Shown in pieces: positions 1-14,029 of a stretch of 64,000 nucleotides of DNA. A model generated the notes under the pieces. It worked only from the letters and a program-made list of their open reading frames with translations, had not been told where the DNA came from and made no database searches. The position numbers and the translations under genes are program-made. This DNA is from Coniocarpon cinnabarinum (Eukaryota): positions 1 through 64,000 of the forward strand of contig JAVECO010000117.1 in assembly GCA_051942205.1 (NCBI GenBank). Reading direction: 5' to 3'. Each line of letters starts with the position of its first letter. The stretch's first letter is position 1.

Positions 1-3000
1 GGTGGTGGTGAGGGAAGTGGAAAAGAAATGATGGAGAGTTGGGTTAGTACGCAGGCGGCTAATGCGATGGAAGGGGGTATTGGTGTAGATTGAAGGGATT
101 AATATGCATTGGAATGCTTTGAGATGGGTTGGTTGGAGAAAAGTATGAAGAGTCATGTTTTTTGTACGATGATGATCCAACGAAGTAGATACTCCATCCA
201 TCGTGAATATGACCAGTGGCAAACTCAACGCAGCAGGTAAACATTGGGGTGCATACAGCCCAAGCCCCTAAGCCGACAGTCCTCAAATTCTTACAGTGTA
301 CCTATACCCACTCTCAATCAAAGTGATCTTCTTCACAGAATCGTCTCATCAAAAGAGTCAACTCATCCACCGGAGTCGATACGGAATCTTCAGTCTTCTC
401 AAGCACTCCCCTCGCACACACCCCATTCTAGACGCATCCATCCCAGCGTTTGACGTTTCAAAACCACTTGCATCAGACCACACCCAGCCAAAGCCACAGC
501 CAACGCCAAAGCTTCAGCTCAACAGCTCGAGCTCAACAGCTTCATAGCCTCACACCGGCACACCACGGGCACACCTGCTGCCGCCTCCCCGACAGGCACC
601 GCCGTCGATCCGGTTCTAGCCCACGTGCACGTGTCTCTTGTCATTTCACGCTGCAGCGTCACCGTTGAATAGGTACCTACGTCCCTCTCAACGGCGCCGA
701 ACTCACCAGCTTATCGTCAGCGCCAGTGTTGCATTCATGCATTCACTCCGGTGTCCTCAAGCACGCCTAGGGAGTCGTCAAACTCACGTACCCACCTGCT
801 GCACGTCGCGGATGCACTCCCGCCCTCGCCGGATACCCACTCACCTTGCCGTATACCGCACCATGCCGTCAACCAGCAGCGCCGTACACCCGTAAAGGCA
901 CAGTCGACGACACCCAGCGCCGCAGCATCTCCGCGGTCGCCTCCTCCGTTCCCAAAGCACTTCCCGGAAAAAAGAAAAAGAATATAACAAGGATGACGGC
1001 AATCCGGCAGGCACGACGTCAAACTAATGCACACAAGATGAAAGATACCGACCAAGCAGCGTCCCTACCGCAGGAGCATCAGCACGTGTGCCGGCCCGGC
1101 GCGAGGGACGCGAGCAAGCGAGCGAGCGGTCGCGGTCTAGAACACAGAAGACCTCTCCACTTTAATCCGGCAGTTGGAGGTGCGTTAGCGCTGCGGGAAG
1201 AATCGGCGATGGTGATGTTGTGTTTTTGCTGGAAACAGGAATAATACGAGAAATGGGATTTCTTGGAAATATGCGAGGTCGCGCAAGGTCGAGCTTGGAC
1301 AGGCGCGGGCTCAGCTGGATGTTGGTGGCAATGTTAGGTGAGAGTCGGAAGCGGGTCTAGTCTGTACGGAGTGTGTAAGTGAGTGAGGTCGTATTGAACC
1401 CGAGTGCTTCCGCCGGATCAGAGGAGCCTGGTCTGAAGTGGTCTTGATGGTGTTCAATCACGGGTGCAAGGTTGGGTGGAGCCATCATCACGACGCTGAT
1501 GGAGTGCATGACGGCGCGCAATAAGCAAAGACACACATTCAACGTTCTGAGCTGTGTAGCACATTTGAAAGTCTTACCACGCAGCGATTGTGTTCACAAT
1601 GAGAGATTTCTCCTCCTCCTACCCCGCCCACCCACCATCCCCAAGAGCACGGATGCCCAGGCTTTCAGCATGCATAATGGTGGAACATGACACAGGAGGG
1701 AGCCGCATGAAGCGGTAAGAGTATTGAAACAGGACGGTAGGTAAATGCCGAGGAAAGAGGAAGAAGAGGCTGAAAAGAAGCTCGAGCGCCAAGTTTTCCC
1801 GATATCTGGGCAGCCAGCTGAAGGAGCTAGTGCCTTTGCGGTGGTATTGGCTGGAGGGGTAGATGAAGTGACGAGGTCGACCCTGCTCGGGACTGGCTTT
1901 GACCGCCAAAATTCCTGTTGACCGCCTCAACTCACCGACGGAGATGTTCACTTGGAATTCCCAGTGATTCAATAGCGCTGAAAGAAGGTTTCTGTCAACT
2001 GGTCATGTGGCCTCGGTGTGCAGTCGACACCGAGCGAAAGTCTTTCAATTTCAGAGATGCTAGTATTATACAAGGGTGTTCAGGAGTTCTAGCGCTGCAT
2101 TGCGAGCGGACCACTCCCTAGTACATGATATGTCGTCCAATCCTTTCCACGTATCCGAGTGCGAGAAACAATAGTAGTACAATGATGCATCAACCGATGA
2201 CGATAACAGTAGTGGTACAGAGCTGCGTCAAATAGATAATAGTAAGTAATACAAGAGGGCCATCGGCAGTGGCAAGAAATTCAGAAGGCGGAGTATGAGT
2301 CGAAATTCGAGGATCGCCGTCAAAGCGTCGCGATCGGAAGCCAGAGACAACGCGCAGCGTCGGTCAAGCGTTGCAGGAGCGTGGTATGGAGATGTCGAGG
2401 TGTGTAAGCGGCGGCCACATGGGAACCACACAGGCTGCAGGTGGCCGGATGCGGACGGATGTGGGGTTCGAGCTGGGGGGCGCCAGCGACAATGTATTGG
2501 CAGATAAGGCCGCAGTTGCCGCGTTTCAGGTGTGTCGATGCAAGAGCACTGGGGAGCTAGCGCTTGACAGGTGCAGCAGTTGATGCAAGTGCGGGGCCAA
2601 TTCGAGGTGTGGCCAACGCGTCTCGGTCGGGTGCAGAGGTGCAATGAGAGCTGGCCCAAGCCTTAGGGTCCTGAGCCTGCGCACGCAGTATGCGGTCAGA
2701 GCGGAATGAATTGCCGAGATAACGGTGCCAGGAGCCGTCAGGAACATCCAGGAACAAGGTCGGTTGAGTAAGATGCGTGTGTGTTTGTGTGTGTGGTATA
2801 GTCGCGCGGTGTGAGCCCTGGTACCTGAATGATGTGACCCCGGATGCGGTCGACCCAGTGTGCGCGTGATTACGACTGCCTGGGCCACGTTAAAAACGTA
2901 GTGGGATGTTCGAGTGCCGAGTCTGCGAGATAATTGGATGGAGTGGGTGTTCGGAGTGCGTATAGAGTGCAGGGTTGACAGTGTGACAAAAATGTTAAAT

Positions 3001-6000
3001 GATGGTCGCTTGTTCGGTCGCAACAGTGCTGAGGTGAATCGTGTGCAATGCTGCGTCACCGTGGTTGTTGGTTTGAGGTATTCGTGATCCACCAGGAGGG
3101 TTATCTGCCGGAGCCAGGTGTGGGTGGTAAAGGTTTCGTTGGCGGTGGGCCAGGACATGGCGGGTACTTGACGGTAGCAGGCATAGTTTCGGCGTACGAA
3201 GACGTGGTGGCGGTGTTGAAGTAAATTGCGGGAGTTGGTACAGATAGTCTGCGAGTAGCAAGACTATGTACAGAGAGTGTATGCGGGCGAAGACTGTGTT
3301 CGACTATGGTGCTCGAGGAAGTGTAACGAGTAGAAGGAGTCTGAGGAACAATATCAAAGGAGAGAGAAGGGCGCGCACACGAGAGATATATATTTAAAGC
3401 GCAAAGCAATTTTGCACAAAGAACTGGAGGCCTGGAAAAAGATACGGGACCGAGTCAGGTAGGCACCATCAGCCGAAATGATGACGACCCCGGCAAATAA
3501 TGGCAGGGGTCGGTGGGAAAGGGTTAGACGAAGATCACACACTCACCACCAGCGAGCGTCAAACAGGGGTGTTCCTGTCCCGGGGCGGGCACTCGGCGGA
3601 CACGCCTTCCTGGCGCTCTGGGTGCTCCCCATCATGCGATGCCCGAACAAGACGCTGCCAGCTTGCAGCCAGCCTCGATGCAAGATGCACGATACTGCAG
3701 ACGTGGGTGCGTCGGCGATGCGACATGCCCACTGGACCGCCGGCCTCACTTGCCGATGCTGCTGGTGCTGCTGCTTGGCCGATGGTCGTCGAATTGGGTG
3801 AGGGGGAACACTCATCATTCAGGAGCCGAAGGACGATGGATGCATTCAAGTGTGGGAGAAAACCTTGCCCCGTGTGTATGCCCGGCGATGGGCGATGGGC
3901 GGTGTGCGGGCACCCCAGGCCACGCCAGATACCTCATCAGGCCGGAAAGCCTAAATGTTCGCGGATTAATTTGAGCAAGAGGGCAACGCTTGGGCCGCTA
4001 CGGAGGAAACGATACACGCTACGGTCATGTGAGCCAGGTTACGAGGCGCAGAAGGTGCCCCGGTGCAGCGAGAGGGGGGGGTTGGAAAAAAGTATTTTGG
4101 TCGCACAGGGTCAGCAGCCGTGCAGCTCGGCGCTGTCTAGAGGTACGGCCATCGTGCAGCGAGCGAGGAACATCGGACGGGCGCCGTGCAATGCGCAGGA
4201 CTCCGTATGCAGCGCCACTGCCAGGCCAATGTCAGTCCCTCTGGTCCCAATTTCATGTGGCAGCCACTGCGGGCGCGGGGTGGGGTGTGCGTGCAGACGT
4301 GTGTCAAAGGTGTCTATCGCGCGGGCAGAGAGATTTGACGGATAAGTGCGTCATGCAGGCGCCCGAAGAGAGGCAGGACAGGAACCGCCAGAGTATCGAC
4401 CGTTGCGGCAAAGGCAGACCGCGCGCCAAGCACCTGAGCAGGCCCGTTTCATCTCCCTCGTTGCATGCTCCGTGGCATCAGAGACGTATGCACGCAGGCG
4501 CAACTCTCAGGAGAACATACACGACGGTGCGCTTCCTCTCAGACTGTGCCTTTCTCGCGCTTCCAGGAGCAGCACCCATGTTCCTCCCGCGGGTTCCTTC
4601 CTGTGCCTGAGCATTGATACCGGCGATCTTAAGCAGGCGACGCAGAGGGCGAAGGGCGGAATCTCGTTGGCCGGCGTCAAGTCCTAGTGCGTGTCGGAGT
4701 GTTGGCCGTCATGACCACGTGCACCTTGGCCGTGCATGAAAGCGGACGCGACGCGCTGCTGCTCCAATATTGGCGAGTTGCATCGGGCGCAGTGGGCGCA
4801 CCGAGTCGCAGCGAATGTGTCAGGCGGTCGCACGTCCTTCGCTGGATGGACGCGCAATCCCGCCCAAATCGGAAATGCGCCCCATCGCGCGCACAATACT
4901 CTCTGAACCGGGGTGTTTCTGGCACTGTCCATCTGTTTTGGACCTTGCATGAGCAGCAGCAATAATACCTCAACGTTAATGCCAATGCCGCCTCGCCTCG
5001 CCGGCTGACAGCACTGCAGCACTGCAGCTTTGCAGCAGGTTCCGCCTTGGTTGTGCGCCCGAGGTTGCGTGGCGGGTGCAGCAGCAGCAGCGGGGTCTGT
5101 CAGCATTTCGAATTTTTCAGCGTCAGCTGGACAAGAGAGACACGCCCTCGAGGTGCTCCTGCCATGATTTGCCATCAGGTCGCGCGCAGGCACCATTGAT
5201 ATCACCTCCATTGACCGGCGGTGTGCTCGCCATGGACAGCAGCGACCGCGTGACTCGGCGAGCAGCGTGTCCGGGAGTCCGATCCAAGGCACCAGCCACA
5301 CACACGGGGCCAAAGGGCGGTGCGGCGACGGCGCTAAGAGGAGCGGTAAGATGAAGACTTGCGCAGGGACAGGGAACGGAAGCCTTCTGAACGCAGCGTG
5401 CGACAAGTCTTCCATTAGGTTGCCCTCGCTAGCCTGTAACGTCACCGTCCTCCCCTTGAACCACCTTAGCTGCACCAAGCACGGAGTGAGAGAGGGTGAG
5501 AGAGATCATCAACCAGTGACCACGCCCGGCTCAATGATTCACGCGAGCCTGGTGCCTGGGCTCCTCCTTGTCGGCCCCCTATTCCTCAATTCCTCAGATC
5601 GCCAAGGATCGGAGACAGCCTTACCATCCCAGTGTGAAACGCGGCCCTGCACAGGTAGGTACACAGATCCGGTGAAGCAGGCAACTGCGTGTGTGCGATG
5701 AGTCAAAATGTCTCGCTGCTCATCATCCGACCGGATCTTGACGGTCACAGCAGTCGTGCAATACACAGCAACCTGGGCAGTGCTGGAAGGCTCCCCAACA
5801 GACCTCGCCTTGGCACCACGCACCCAATGGCCGTGGTCAGCATCCGATGCCACCTCCGACGGCACCAACCCCACACCATCGCCAGCAACACCACCCTGAT
5901 CATCGGTTTCACTGCCTGTTCCCGCATGCACATCATCTCGGACCCTGAAGGTCCATGCCACCGCCGACGGGTAACAGATTTGTGGACCTGTCATTCTTCC

Positions 6001-6540
6001 CATGTGCTGTTCTTCTCAGATCCCCTCTCACCACATCCCTGCTCAGAGTAATACCACAAGGCTTATCCAAGATTGCTCTGTAGACTACAAACGTTTGGTT
6101 GCACTCGCTGCTGCAAAAGCATTTTGCAGCTAGCGTGTCCCTAGGGTTGCGTGCTGCGGCCGTGTTGTCGGCATTTTCGGCGGACCTGCCTGGCATGCCC
6201 AGCAGCCAGGCAACGCAAGTGCAGCCTGTGCATCGTGGTGCCAAGAGCGATTTTTCATAGGTCCGACTGAGGCCGGCAGAGCAAGCTGCGCGTAACGACT
6301 GTGGGTATCTAGAATCCGGTGAATCCTCTGACAGCGGCAGAGTGGCAACGCGCTCTAACGTGCATGAGCAACGACAACACGGGCGGAACAACGGTCAACT
6401 TGCAGCCATTATCTTAAGATTCTGCACGGAGCGCGCATGCCATTCCGCAGGAAGCCTCACTGGCAACGAGCGCATCCTTCTAACAGTGCCACTGGGCCGT
6501 TCAAGGATTCTCGAATGTGCCGACAATGAAGCTCGCAACC

Positions 6541-6707
6541 GCAAGGGTCACGGACAAAAGTCGTTTCCGGCTGTCAGCCTAGGCGACGAGCCTGTACGAT
6601 AAGAATAATTCAGGCCACAGACCCGCGAGTGCAACGGCGATAGCACTTTGTTAGGAATTAGACGCTGAATGATTGAAGCGGCAAGTCCTATCTTACAATG
6701 CCCTTGC
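6541..6707 (-). repeat. Copy of ~166-bp dispersed intergenic element
   Basis: Reverse complement matches copies at 10053 and 21290 (…TTCAGCGTC…TCGCCGTTGCACTCG…TTATCGTACAGGCTCGTCGCCTAGG…ACGACTTTTGTCC); ends GCAAGGG…CCCTTGC. Confidence 0.85.
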
Positions 6708-6783
6708 CGCTTCAAAATCAATTTGCCACTCAGATGCATCGAAAGTGGTCGGTCTGTCCGTTGATGGAGTTATGAGTGGTAAC

Positions 6784-9700
6784 TCATTCTGGTGGCCGGC
6801 TTTGATGCAATACCTCTGAGCATCTTGAGCACGTTTGTCGGCCTTCGTCGTAATCTGGTTGCACTAGTTCCTTTGTATTGATTGCAAAACGCCAGCAACG
6901 TGGACACTTGAGTTGTTCGGCACGGTGGACGTCCAGAATGAAGCGCACACTCAGATCGGGGATTGTCACCTCACAATCGATGGACTGAGCTCCCGAACCA
7001 TGCTCTGGGCCTTGACCGGGATCAATCTGGACTTCGCTGACAATCAGCGCACGGGCAAGCTCGCCATTGTTTGTGGCCTGTTCTATGAAGCTCTTGACCA
7101 TTGGGTCGGCCTGCATAGTGCTCGATCGAATGGCAACACTCGCTTCTAAGCCAGACCCAATCTGCTTCGCTGACCGCAACTGTTCCTGAGCACCATTGAC
7201 AGCTTGACGAATCGCTTGGACGCATTGATCTTGCGCGTGTAAAGCGAGCTCATAAGAACCTCGGTCGGCATAGGTAGTTGTCGGCTTCCAGATCCTTCTA
7301 AAGGGATGTTTGTTTTGCGTTTCAAGAAGCTGGTACCACGCGGGTGAAGCGTAATGCAAAGCTTCTGCAACCAGAAGAGGTGTCGGAGCTGCCAACATCA
7401 CCATCATGGTCTGTAATAGCTGATTACAAACGAACAGCGCACCAAGACGCTCATTTGCTGTGCTGGTGTAGATCGCATCCTTGGCTGTCTCGACGTAGAA
7501 GGACGACAGATCCACGTTTACGTAGCGCTCCAGCTCACGCATAGCCTTGTATGGCTCGTAAGCAGCAAAGCCAGCATGGACGTATTGCTCGACGCGCGTG
7601 AGATGCAGAAGAGCTAGTCGATTGCTCAGATCGAGACTGCCACTCAACTGCGCTGCTTGAGCTGCTTGAGTACTATCGTAGTCACTCAAGACTCCGAGCA
7701 GCCACTTGAGCGTCACACGATACTTGTGCAAAGCTGAGTGTACACCTCGTAGGACCTGTGCGCCGATGGGGACATCTGCTCTGAAGTCATTTTTCGCCAC
7801 CCATAAACGCAGCGCGTCTACCCCCAATGCATCATGCTGGGGGTGCTCCGACTGCTGCGACAGGCGTTTCATCTTGCCTTTCAATTTCACAGGCGGCAGC
7901 AGTGTACCCTTCACAATCTGATCGGGATTGATGACATTGCCAATAGATTTGCTCATTTTCCTCCCGTTTTCGTCGAGAATGAAACCGTGCGTGATCAGTC
8001 GCTCAAATGGCGCTCTCGCAGCGACATCTGTGGTTGCCTCTGTGTGTACTTGGGACGCGATGTAGGTGAGCAAGGAAGACTGAAACCAACCGCGATGCTG
8101 ATCAGAGCCTTCGAGGTATACATCAACAAGATATCCGTTTTGGTTAGTCGCCTGATTAAGCTGTGTCCATGACGTGCCGCTATCAAACCACACGTCCATA
8201 GTGTCTTTGCCACGAATGTACTTATGCAATGGAAGGTGGGGTGCGATCCATTGGGGATCATCTTCGTCGTCGATCCACCATGCATCTGAGCCTCGTTCTG
8301 ACATGACCTGGATAATGTGTGAAATCGATTCCGGTGTCATCATGGACTGCACTGAACCATCGACTTCGTAGTACAACACTGGTATGGGCAGTCCCCAAGA
8401 ACGCTGTCGTGAGATGCACCATTCACCGCGACCGTGCACGAAATTGCGCAAACGAGATTTTCCCGCCGCGGGTATAAATTCAACGTCCTCAATAGCTTGT
8501 AGAGCTCTTTGCTTGATGTCATTGATATTTGCAAACCACTGCGCAGTCGCTCGGATAATCACCGGCAACTTTGTTCGCCAGTCAATGGGGTATTTGTGCG
8601 TGTATTCATGCCTGTGTACAAGCAGGGGAGAGCCCAGTATCGATTTGCCGCTCTTCATTAAGTCGAGCACACAATTGCTCCCCGACATTAAAGCGAACTT
8701 GCCCTGAAGTGCTTCAGGCTCGTCTGGCATCGCGTCTGCAGTGAAGCGACCTTCGTCATCAATGGGGGAGAAAGCATCGATATCGTGTTGTGCGCAGAGG
8801 GTGTAGTCATCATGCCCGTGCCCAGGGGCTGCGTGGACTAGACCAGTGCCTGTATCCGACGAGACATGATCTGCTGCAAGTATTGGCTGAGGAACGGCAT
8901 GCGAGCCTTGAAACCCGTTTATGTACATCGTGCGGTCTGCTATCTCCCTGCCCTTGATTGTCAGGGTGGGGATGGTAAAGTTCTCAGATTTGATGCGCAA
9001 CACTGCGGCAACATCCGTGATTCGATCTGCCCCCACAATGAGGTATTCTCGATTGTGAGCAATGATGCTGTAGTCGAGGTCGGGGTGTACAGCAATGGCT
9101 TTGTTCGCTGGCAACGTCCAAGGGGTGGTCGTCCATGTCAGCGCATAGACTGGCATGCGTCGATCGAGAGAGTGTAGCGAAGCGGGAAGATGTGTCACTC
9201 GAAACTTTACGTAGCCTGCTTGCGACACATAGCTTTCGTTGTACTCCAGTTCTGCCTCTGCCAGAGCAGTCTTCGACGACGGTGACCAATATACCGGCTT
9301 GCGCTGGCGACATATCAGGCCTATCAAGAATAAAATCAGCGTTAAGGTTCTGCATGCCCTCTTTCAAATGGTCCGCAAGCCGAAATACCTTTGGACACCA
9401 TGTCTCTAAACACCAGAAGTTGCTTCAGCTCATACTCCTCATCCATCGTTGTGTAAGGCTGTTCCCATTCTCCCATTACAGCCCAGCTCCGAAATTCATC
9501 TCTCTGAGCCTCGATAGTCTCGGCCGCAAGCGCTCGCGCCGCATTTCTAATCGATGTAGGCTCCAATGTCGAGCCATTGAATGGTTGACCATACTTCTGA
9601 AGGACCTTTAGCTCAATTGGAAGTCCATGGCAATCCCATCCCGGTTGATACCTGATCCTCCTGCCTTGGCTCAATTGGAAGCGATTGAAGATATCCTTAA

Positions 9701-9947
9701 GGATCTTGTTGAGAGCATGACCGACATGAAGACCGCCATTGGCATATGGAGGTCCATCGTGGAGTGTGAAGGTGTTTTCGGCCGGGCGAGCAGAGCTCTG
9801 CCAGGCATAGAGGTGATCAGTGCATGACTGGAGCAGCTGCGGCCTTAGACCTAGATCTGGCCGAGCAGGAAAATTGGACTTGGGTAGACGGAGAGTCTGA
9901 ATCCAAGAACTACTAGCAGATTTCCATATAGGAGAGGTCCTAAGCAT
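6784..9947 (-). CDS. ISM1: Isoleucyl-tRNA synthetase, probably mitochondrial (2 exons; intron 9321-9388)
   Basis: LHDGPPYANG-LHVGH (HIGH), GWDCHGLPIE, WTTTPWTLP, WCISRQRSWG, EGSDQHRGWF, KMSKS, C-terminal CPRCW Zn finger; GTATTT…GATAG intron joins the ORFs in frame. Confidence 0.95.
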
Positions 9948-10052
9948 GTCCCAGTGGACAACAGGCGTATGGAAGTATCGACAAAGGGAGCACTACACTA
10001 TAAGGTCCTAATTGCGACCTTCTGGCAGGGTATTGCAAATATTGACTGCACC

Positions 10053-10558
10053 GCAAGGACCCTGTAGGGTATTCATGGCCACACTATAATTCAGCGTCTT
10101 TTCGCTAACAGTGACCTTTCGCCGTTGCACCCATAGGTTTGTGACCTGACGCGTGCTTATCGTATAGGCTCGTCGCCTAGGGTGAGATCTAGTAATGACT
10201 TTTGTCCCGGGCTCTTGCCGCTTAGGCCGCAGCTAAGTAACTTCTTTACTGATTTACCTAGTCTCCTGTGGTACAAAGAGCTTTTGCCATAATGCTTATA
10301 ATTTTGTGGAGCGAATTTCTCCAGCTGTACAGGCTCGTCTTAACTCAGGTCCGGCAATGACACTTGTCTGTGACCCTTGTCGCGCAAGTGCTGTGGACCG
10401 AAAAACGACAGTATGGCGGGCACCACAATTAAGCCTTAATGAGGTGTAAAAGGCGCTCACCATCATACTCGTAGCTTTCTGCCCCAGCATCTCCTCATCG
10501 TAGCGACTCACCGTTCAGACTAACAGCTGGCAACGACAATTGTCTGTGATCCTTAGCG
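10053..10558 (+). repeat. Head-to-tail array of three diverged ~166-bp elements (about 10053-10218, 10220-10383, 10385-10558)
   Basis: Each unit ends in a variant of GGCAAYGACWYTTGTC…CCTT; unit 2 retains TGTACAGGCTCGTC; unit 3 is the most diverged and resembles the reverse copy at 48742-48900. Confidence 0.75.
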
Positions 10559-10839
10559 TGACCGAAGGTGAGCCGTTGCTATCAAGCTCATGAACTCCTG
10601 ATGTCTGGCACTTTCACTCTATTGTTGACAGCGCCTGGTCCCATTCATCGATACCGGAGCCATTGAGTTAGCACGATGCCCGAAATCCTATGCGGATATG
10701 GCGATGGTGACATAGGGGGTGGTGTGTAAGTGCACGGGCCGCATCTCAGCCACCTTTTGCGTTTCGTAATTACCATAGAGCAAAAAACTTCAGCGCAAGT
10801 CTCTACGCGACTACGAGCCTCATGAGCTATTTCGTACCT

Positions 10840-11015
10840 TGCAGCTTGTGGAAGAGTACTTGCCGTGTCAAAATTCAGCATCCTGAAAGGCGCAAGAGGC
10901 TTTTCGCCGTTGGCCTTATAGCGTTGTAACCCAAGTCATCCACCTTGTGTAGACTCGGTGCCTAGACTGGAATCTGGCAACGACTTTCGTCTACGACTTT
11001 CGTCGACGACTTTCG
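10840..11015 (+). repeat. Diverged ~166-bp element ending in about 3 copies of a 13-bp unit (ACGACTTTCGTCK)
   Basis: GTACTTGCCG…AATTCAGC…TTTTCGCCGTTG…GCCTAGAC…ATCTGGCAACGACTTT, followed by CGTCTACGACTTTCGTCGACGACTTTCG. Confidence 0.7.
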
Positions 11016-11293
11016 CAGCGAATTTGTCGTTAGTCTAGTGTAAGCTTCCAGTCAGTCAAATATATCCACACTCTCATCTTGGATGCGTCCCATATACGCC
11101 TCTATTAGAAAAGTTCCAAAATCAGATAGTCCGAGTAGAATCACAACTAGCCCATACTCAAGGTTTTGATTCTGAAGTTAGAAAGTCTTAATATAGTCTT
11201 ACAGATCTAAGGAAATAATGTTCTATCTGCGCTGTGGCATTCTGCAAAAGAAGAATGTGGCGTCATGAATGCTCGTTCAGTCGTACTTTTGCT

Positions 11294-12758
11294 CTAGACT
11301 AAATGAGCGTCTACTACTCGTCGTACTTCACCGTCTCTCATTAGTCTCATGAATTCGGCGTCATTCTCAAGTCTATCATCCGTCGCTTGGCTGCCGGCGC
11401 TTTGTGCCTGATGCAGACTATTCTGAGTCTTCTTGTGATAAAGGGAATGCTGCGAGCCTGTGCGTGAAGAGTCGTTCGTGGTGGACGACCTTGTGGTATG
11501 GTGTTTGTGTAGCTTGTGATTACTGCGATCGCTAGTCGGGGTGTACTGAGAGCTCTTCTTCTGTGTGAAGAATGACCGCAGCGTGGGCACGGTACCGGCT
11601 ATGACGACGCAACATGCCTCGATACTAGATTGATGTTAGTTATTAGACCTTTCAGAGCTTTCTGTTGAAAAGCGGTGTGCGCCTCACGTGATGAAGATGC
11701 CAGTGTAGGTTGTAGAGTCTGTTCGAGTAAAGTCAGCGTCAATGCGTCAAGTGAAAGTGGACGTGGTCGGCATATCGTACATGTTGCGTCTGTAGCGTTT
11801 CCCTTCCACTCAAAGATGGTTCTAGCGAAGGAGCTTGCAGCCGGTCTGAAGGTCTGTTAGCCTCTGTCCTGGATCCGCAAGGTCTTTCTCGAACTTACAT
11901 AAAACCTAAGCCTAACAGTGCACAGACGACGACCTTTCTGCGTAGGCTGCATGGGAAAGCTAGTCAGACTTTCTGAACATCCTGTGATTGCCAGCTCGTA
12001 AGGTAGTACTGACCTCATCTGAATTTTCCACATAAAGTATATTGGGGCGACGGCCAACGCCAAATCAGTGAAAATCGACACAGCTAAACACGAGTAAGCT
12101 GGGCTCTCGAGAGGCGATTTTATCATGGATACTCACCGCCATTAAGGTACAATATCGACGAGGATACTTCCTTGGACCAGCAGCTGCCCTTTGCAGTTTT
12201 GTCCCAGTATTTGTGAACTGGCCGACATCGCGGTACTACTACTGCAGCAGTCGCAAGCATCACCAGGCTTTGGAAGACTGTCAGACCATAAAGGGCGAAC
12301 CTCGACCGCCGCGAGATCGCGAATAGTCTGATCAACAAGAGCGCGACGGACGCTCTGGCAAACATCAAGGACAGGATCACCAGCATATCAAGTGCCAGGG
12401 AAGCCTTTAAAATGTTGATCGCCTGCGACATTGGAAAGCATCCCAGATGCTCGCCTAGTCCCTGATTAAGACAGTACCATACTAGAGCGCTGTATGGCAG
12501 AAGCAAGATCTATTGCGACTTGAGTGAGCAAGTCTTCCGCTTTGAGACGGCACATGACAGTCGTACCACTGCACCCAGCATTGCCCAATCATCCCACCAA
12601 ATGCTTTTGACTATGCGACTCCTCGCATAGAAACGGAACCCAACCAGTGGCAGATAGATGGCCGTCAGGATGGCGAGCACCGAGATGTTGGCGATTGCGA
12701 TGGATGAATACCCAGAGGAACACTTTCCGAACGGAGAATGAGGAGTTCTAGACGCCAT
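11294..12758 (-). CDS. PTH11-like integral membrane protein (fungal rhodopsin-like domain), multi-exon
   Basis: RFYAR…WWDDW in exon 1; RASVALLLIRLF; CRPVHKYWD…GSCW; SIFTDLALAVAP; last exon after a GTGAGG…CTAAC…CTAG intron reads TIEACCVVIAGTVPTLRSFF. Confidence 0.85.
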
Positions 12759-14029
12759 GCTGGTTGACGTTCAAGGTTGGGCAATATGTGCCCGATGCGG
12801 TGGGTACCCGCAGAATAAGGTGAGACAAGCTGGGGCGAGATGTCTGACACTATCTATAAGTTCGCGGTCGGTGGGGATTCATGCAGGAGGGCATATTCTT
12901 AGTAGGTAAAGTGACGAAATTCTGGAACGACGTTACATGCCGGGAAGTTGCGCAAAGATGTGATAACGGAATCAGGATAGAAAGTTAAGATTAATGCAGG
13001 TCGCCTTCGAAACAGACGAGGCGAAAGGAATGGGTAAGCACGCTGCCAGCCTCTGTGTTGTAGTGGCTACGAGCATCGAGAAAACGCAGGACTACGGCAG
13101 GTCAACGGAGATGATCACGCCACGAATGATCAGACTCGGGGCTTTAATGGGCCACGACGGGAAGGCCCCAATACTGTCCTACTCAGAGCCATCGAGGCCG
13201 TGGGTGAGCATCGACAATACTAGATCGAGAATCGAGCCGGGAAGCCGATGTACAGAATGTTATGCCTCAGGTCTGCCCCTGATCGCTAGATTGTCTCGTA
13301 AGCTATTTGCAGGTTTCCAATTTGAGCGCATTACTGTAAGTAATATCGCTTGTGCAGAAGATATGATTCTCGAACATTGAACTTGTCTCTGCGACCCTCG
13401 TCCATCTGGTTGAGAAGGCTTGCTGGTGTCCACTGTCGATGCGCACGCACGATGCGCAGAATGCCAGAGCGGCTCGGGTGGAGGGTGCTAGCTTGACACT
13501 GCTGAACGCTATCAGCGGAATGAGATCATTCTCTGCCGTGTCAGTCGAGACGCGGGCCACATGCTGACCCCATCGTTAGCAAGCCTTTCGCACGACGCAG
13601 AGGTCTGCGATGATGTTCTGTCGCCGGAGCTCGTTGACAGAGCTTCTCGGTCGCACGGAGGAAGCAAGCAGTGCTTGCGAGCTCTTCAAGCCGATCGAAT
13701 CGTCAGGCACCAAGTGTTCTGCAGGTGACTTGTGGCATTGCGACTGCATCTTGGCCCAGCTGGGACGGCGCTCCGTTACCTCGTCTCACCGTGTCCACTG
13801 TATGCGCTGGTGATTAGGAGTGGTGATCTTGTGGAAGTCTGGACAGCTCGCGTGAGACAAAATTGAGTGGACGAGCACTATAAGTCACGTGGACCACTCA
13901 TCGCGTTGCTGCGGCGATGGGGCCGAAACAAACATCCAGCATCCTCGCAGCCCTGTGCCTATGTAGCGCATCCGTTGCAAGCATCCTTTACTCGTCCCTT
14001 TGCTCTGGTGGCTCTCTGAAACCGACACA

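Noticed and set aside
2228..6391. Many overlapping 100-280 aa ORFs on both strands
   Set aside because: GC-rich sequence with R/C/A-rich translations and no recognisable motifs; consistent with chance ORFs
10053..10558. Tandem units as a CRISPR-like array
   Set aside because: Eukaryotic context; units are whole diverged monomers with no constant-repeat/unique-spacer structure and no cas genes
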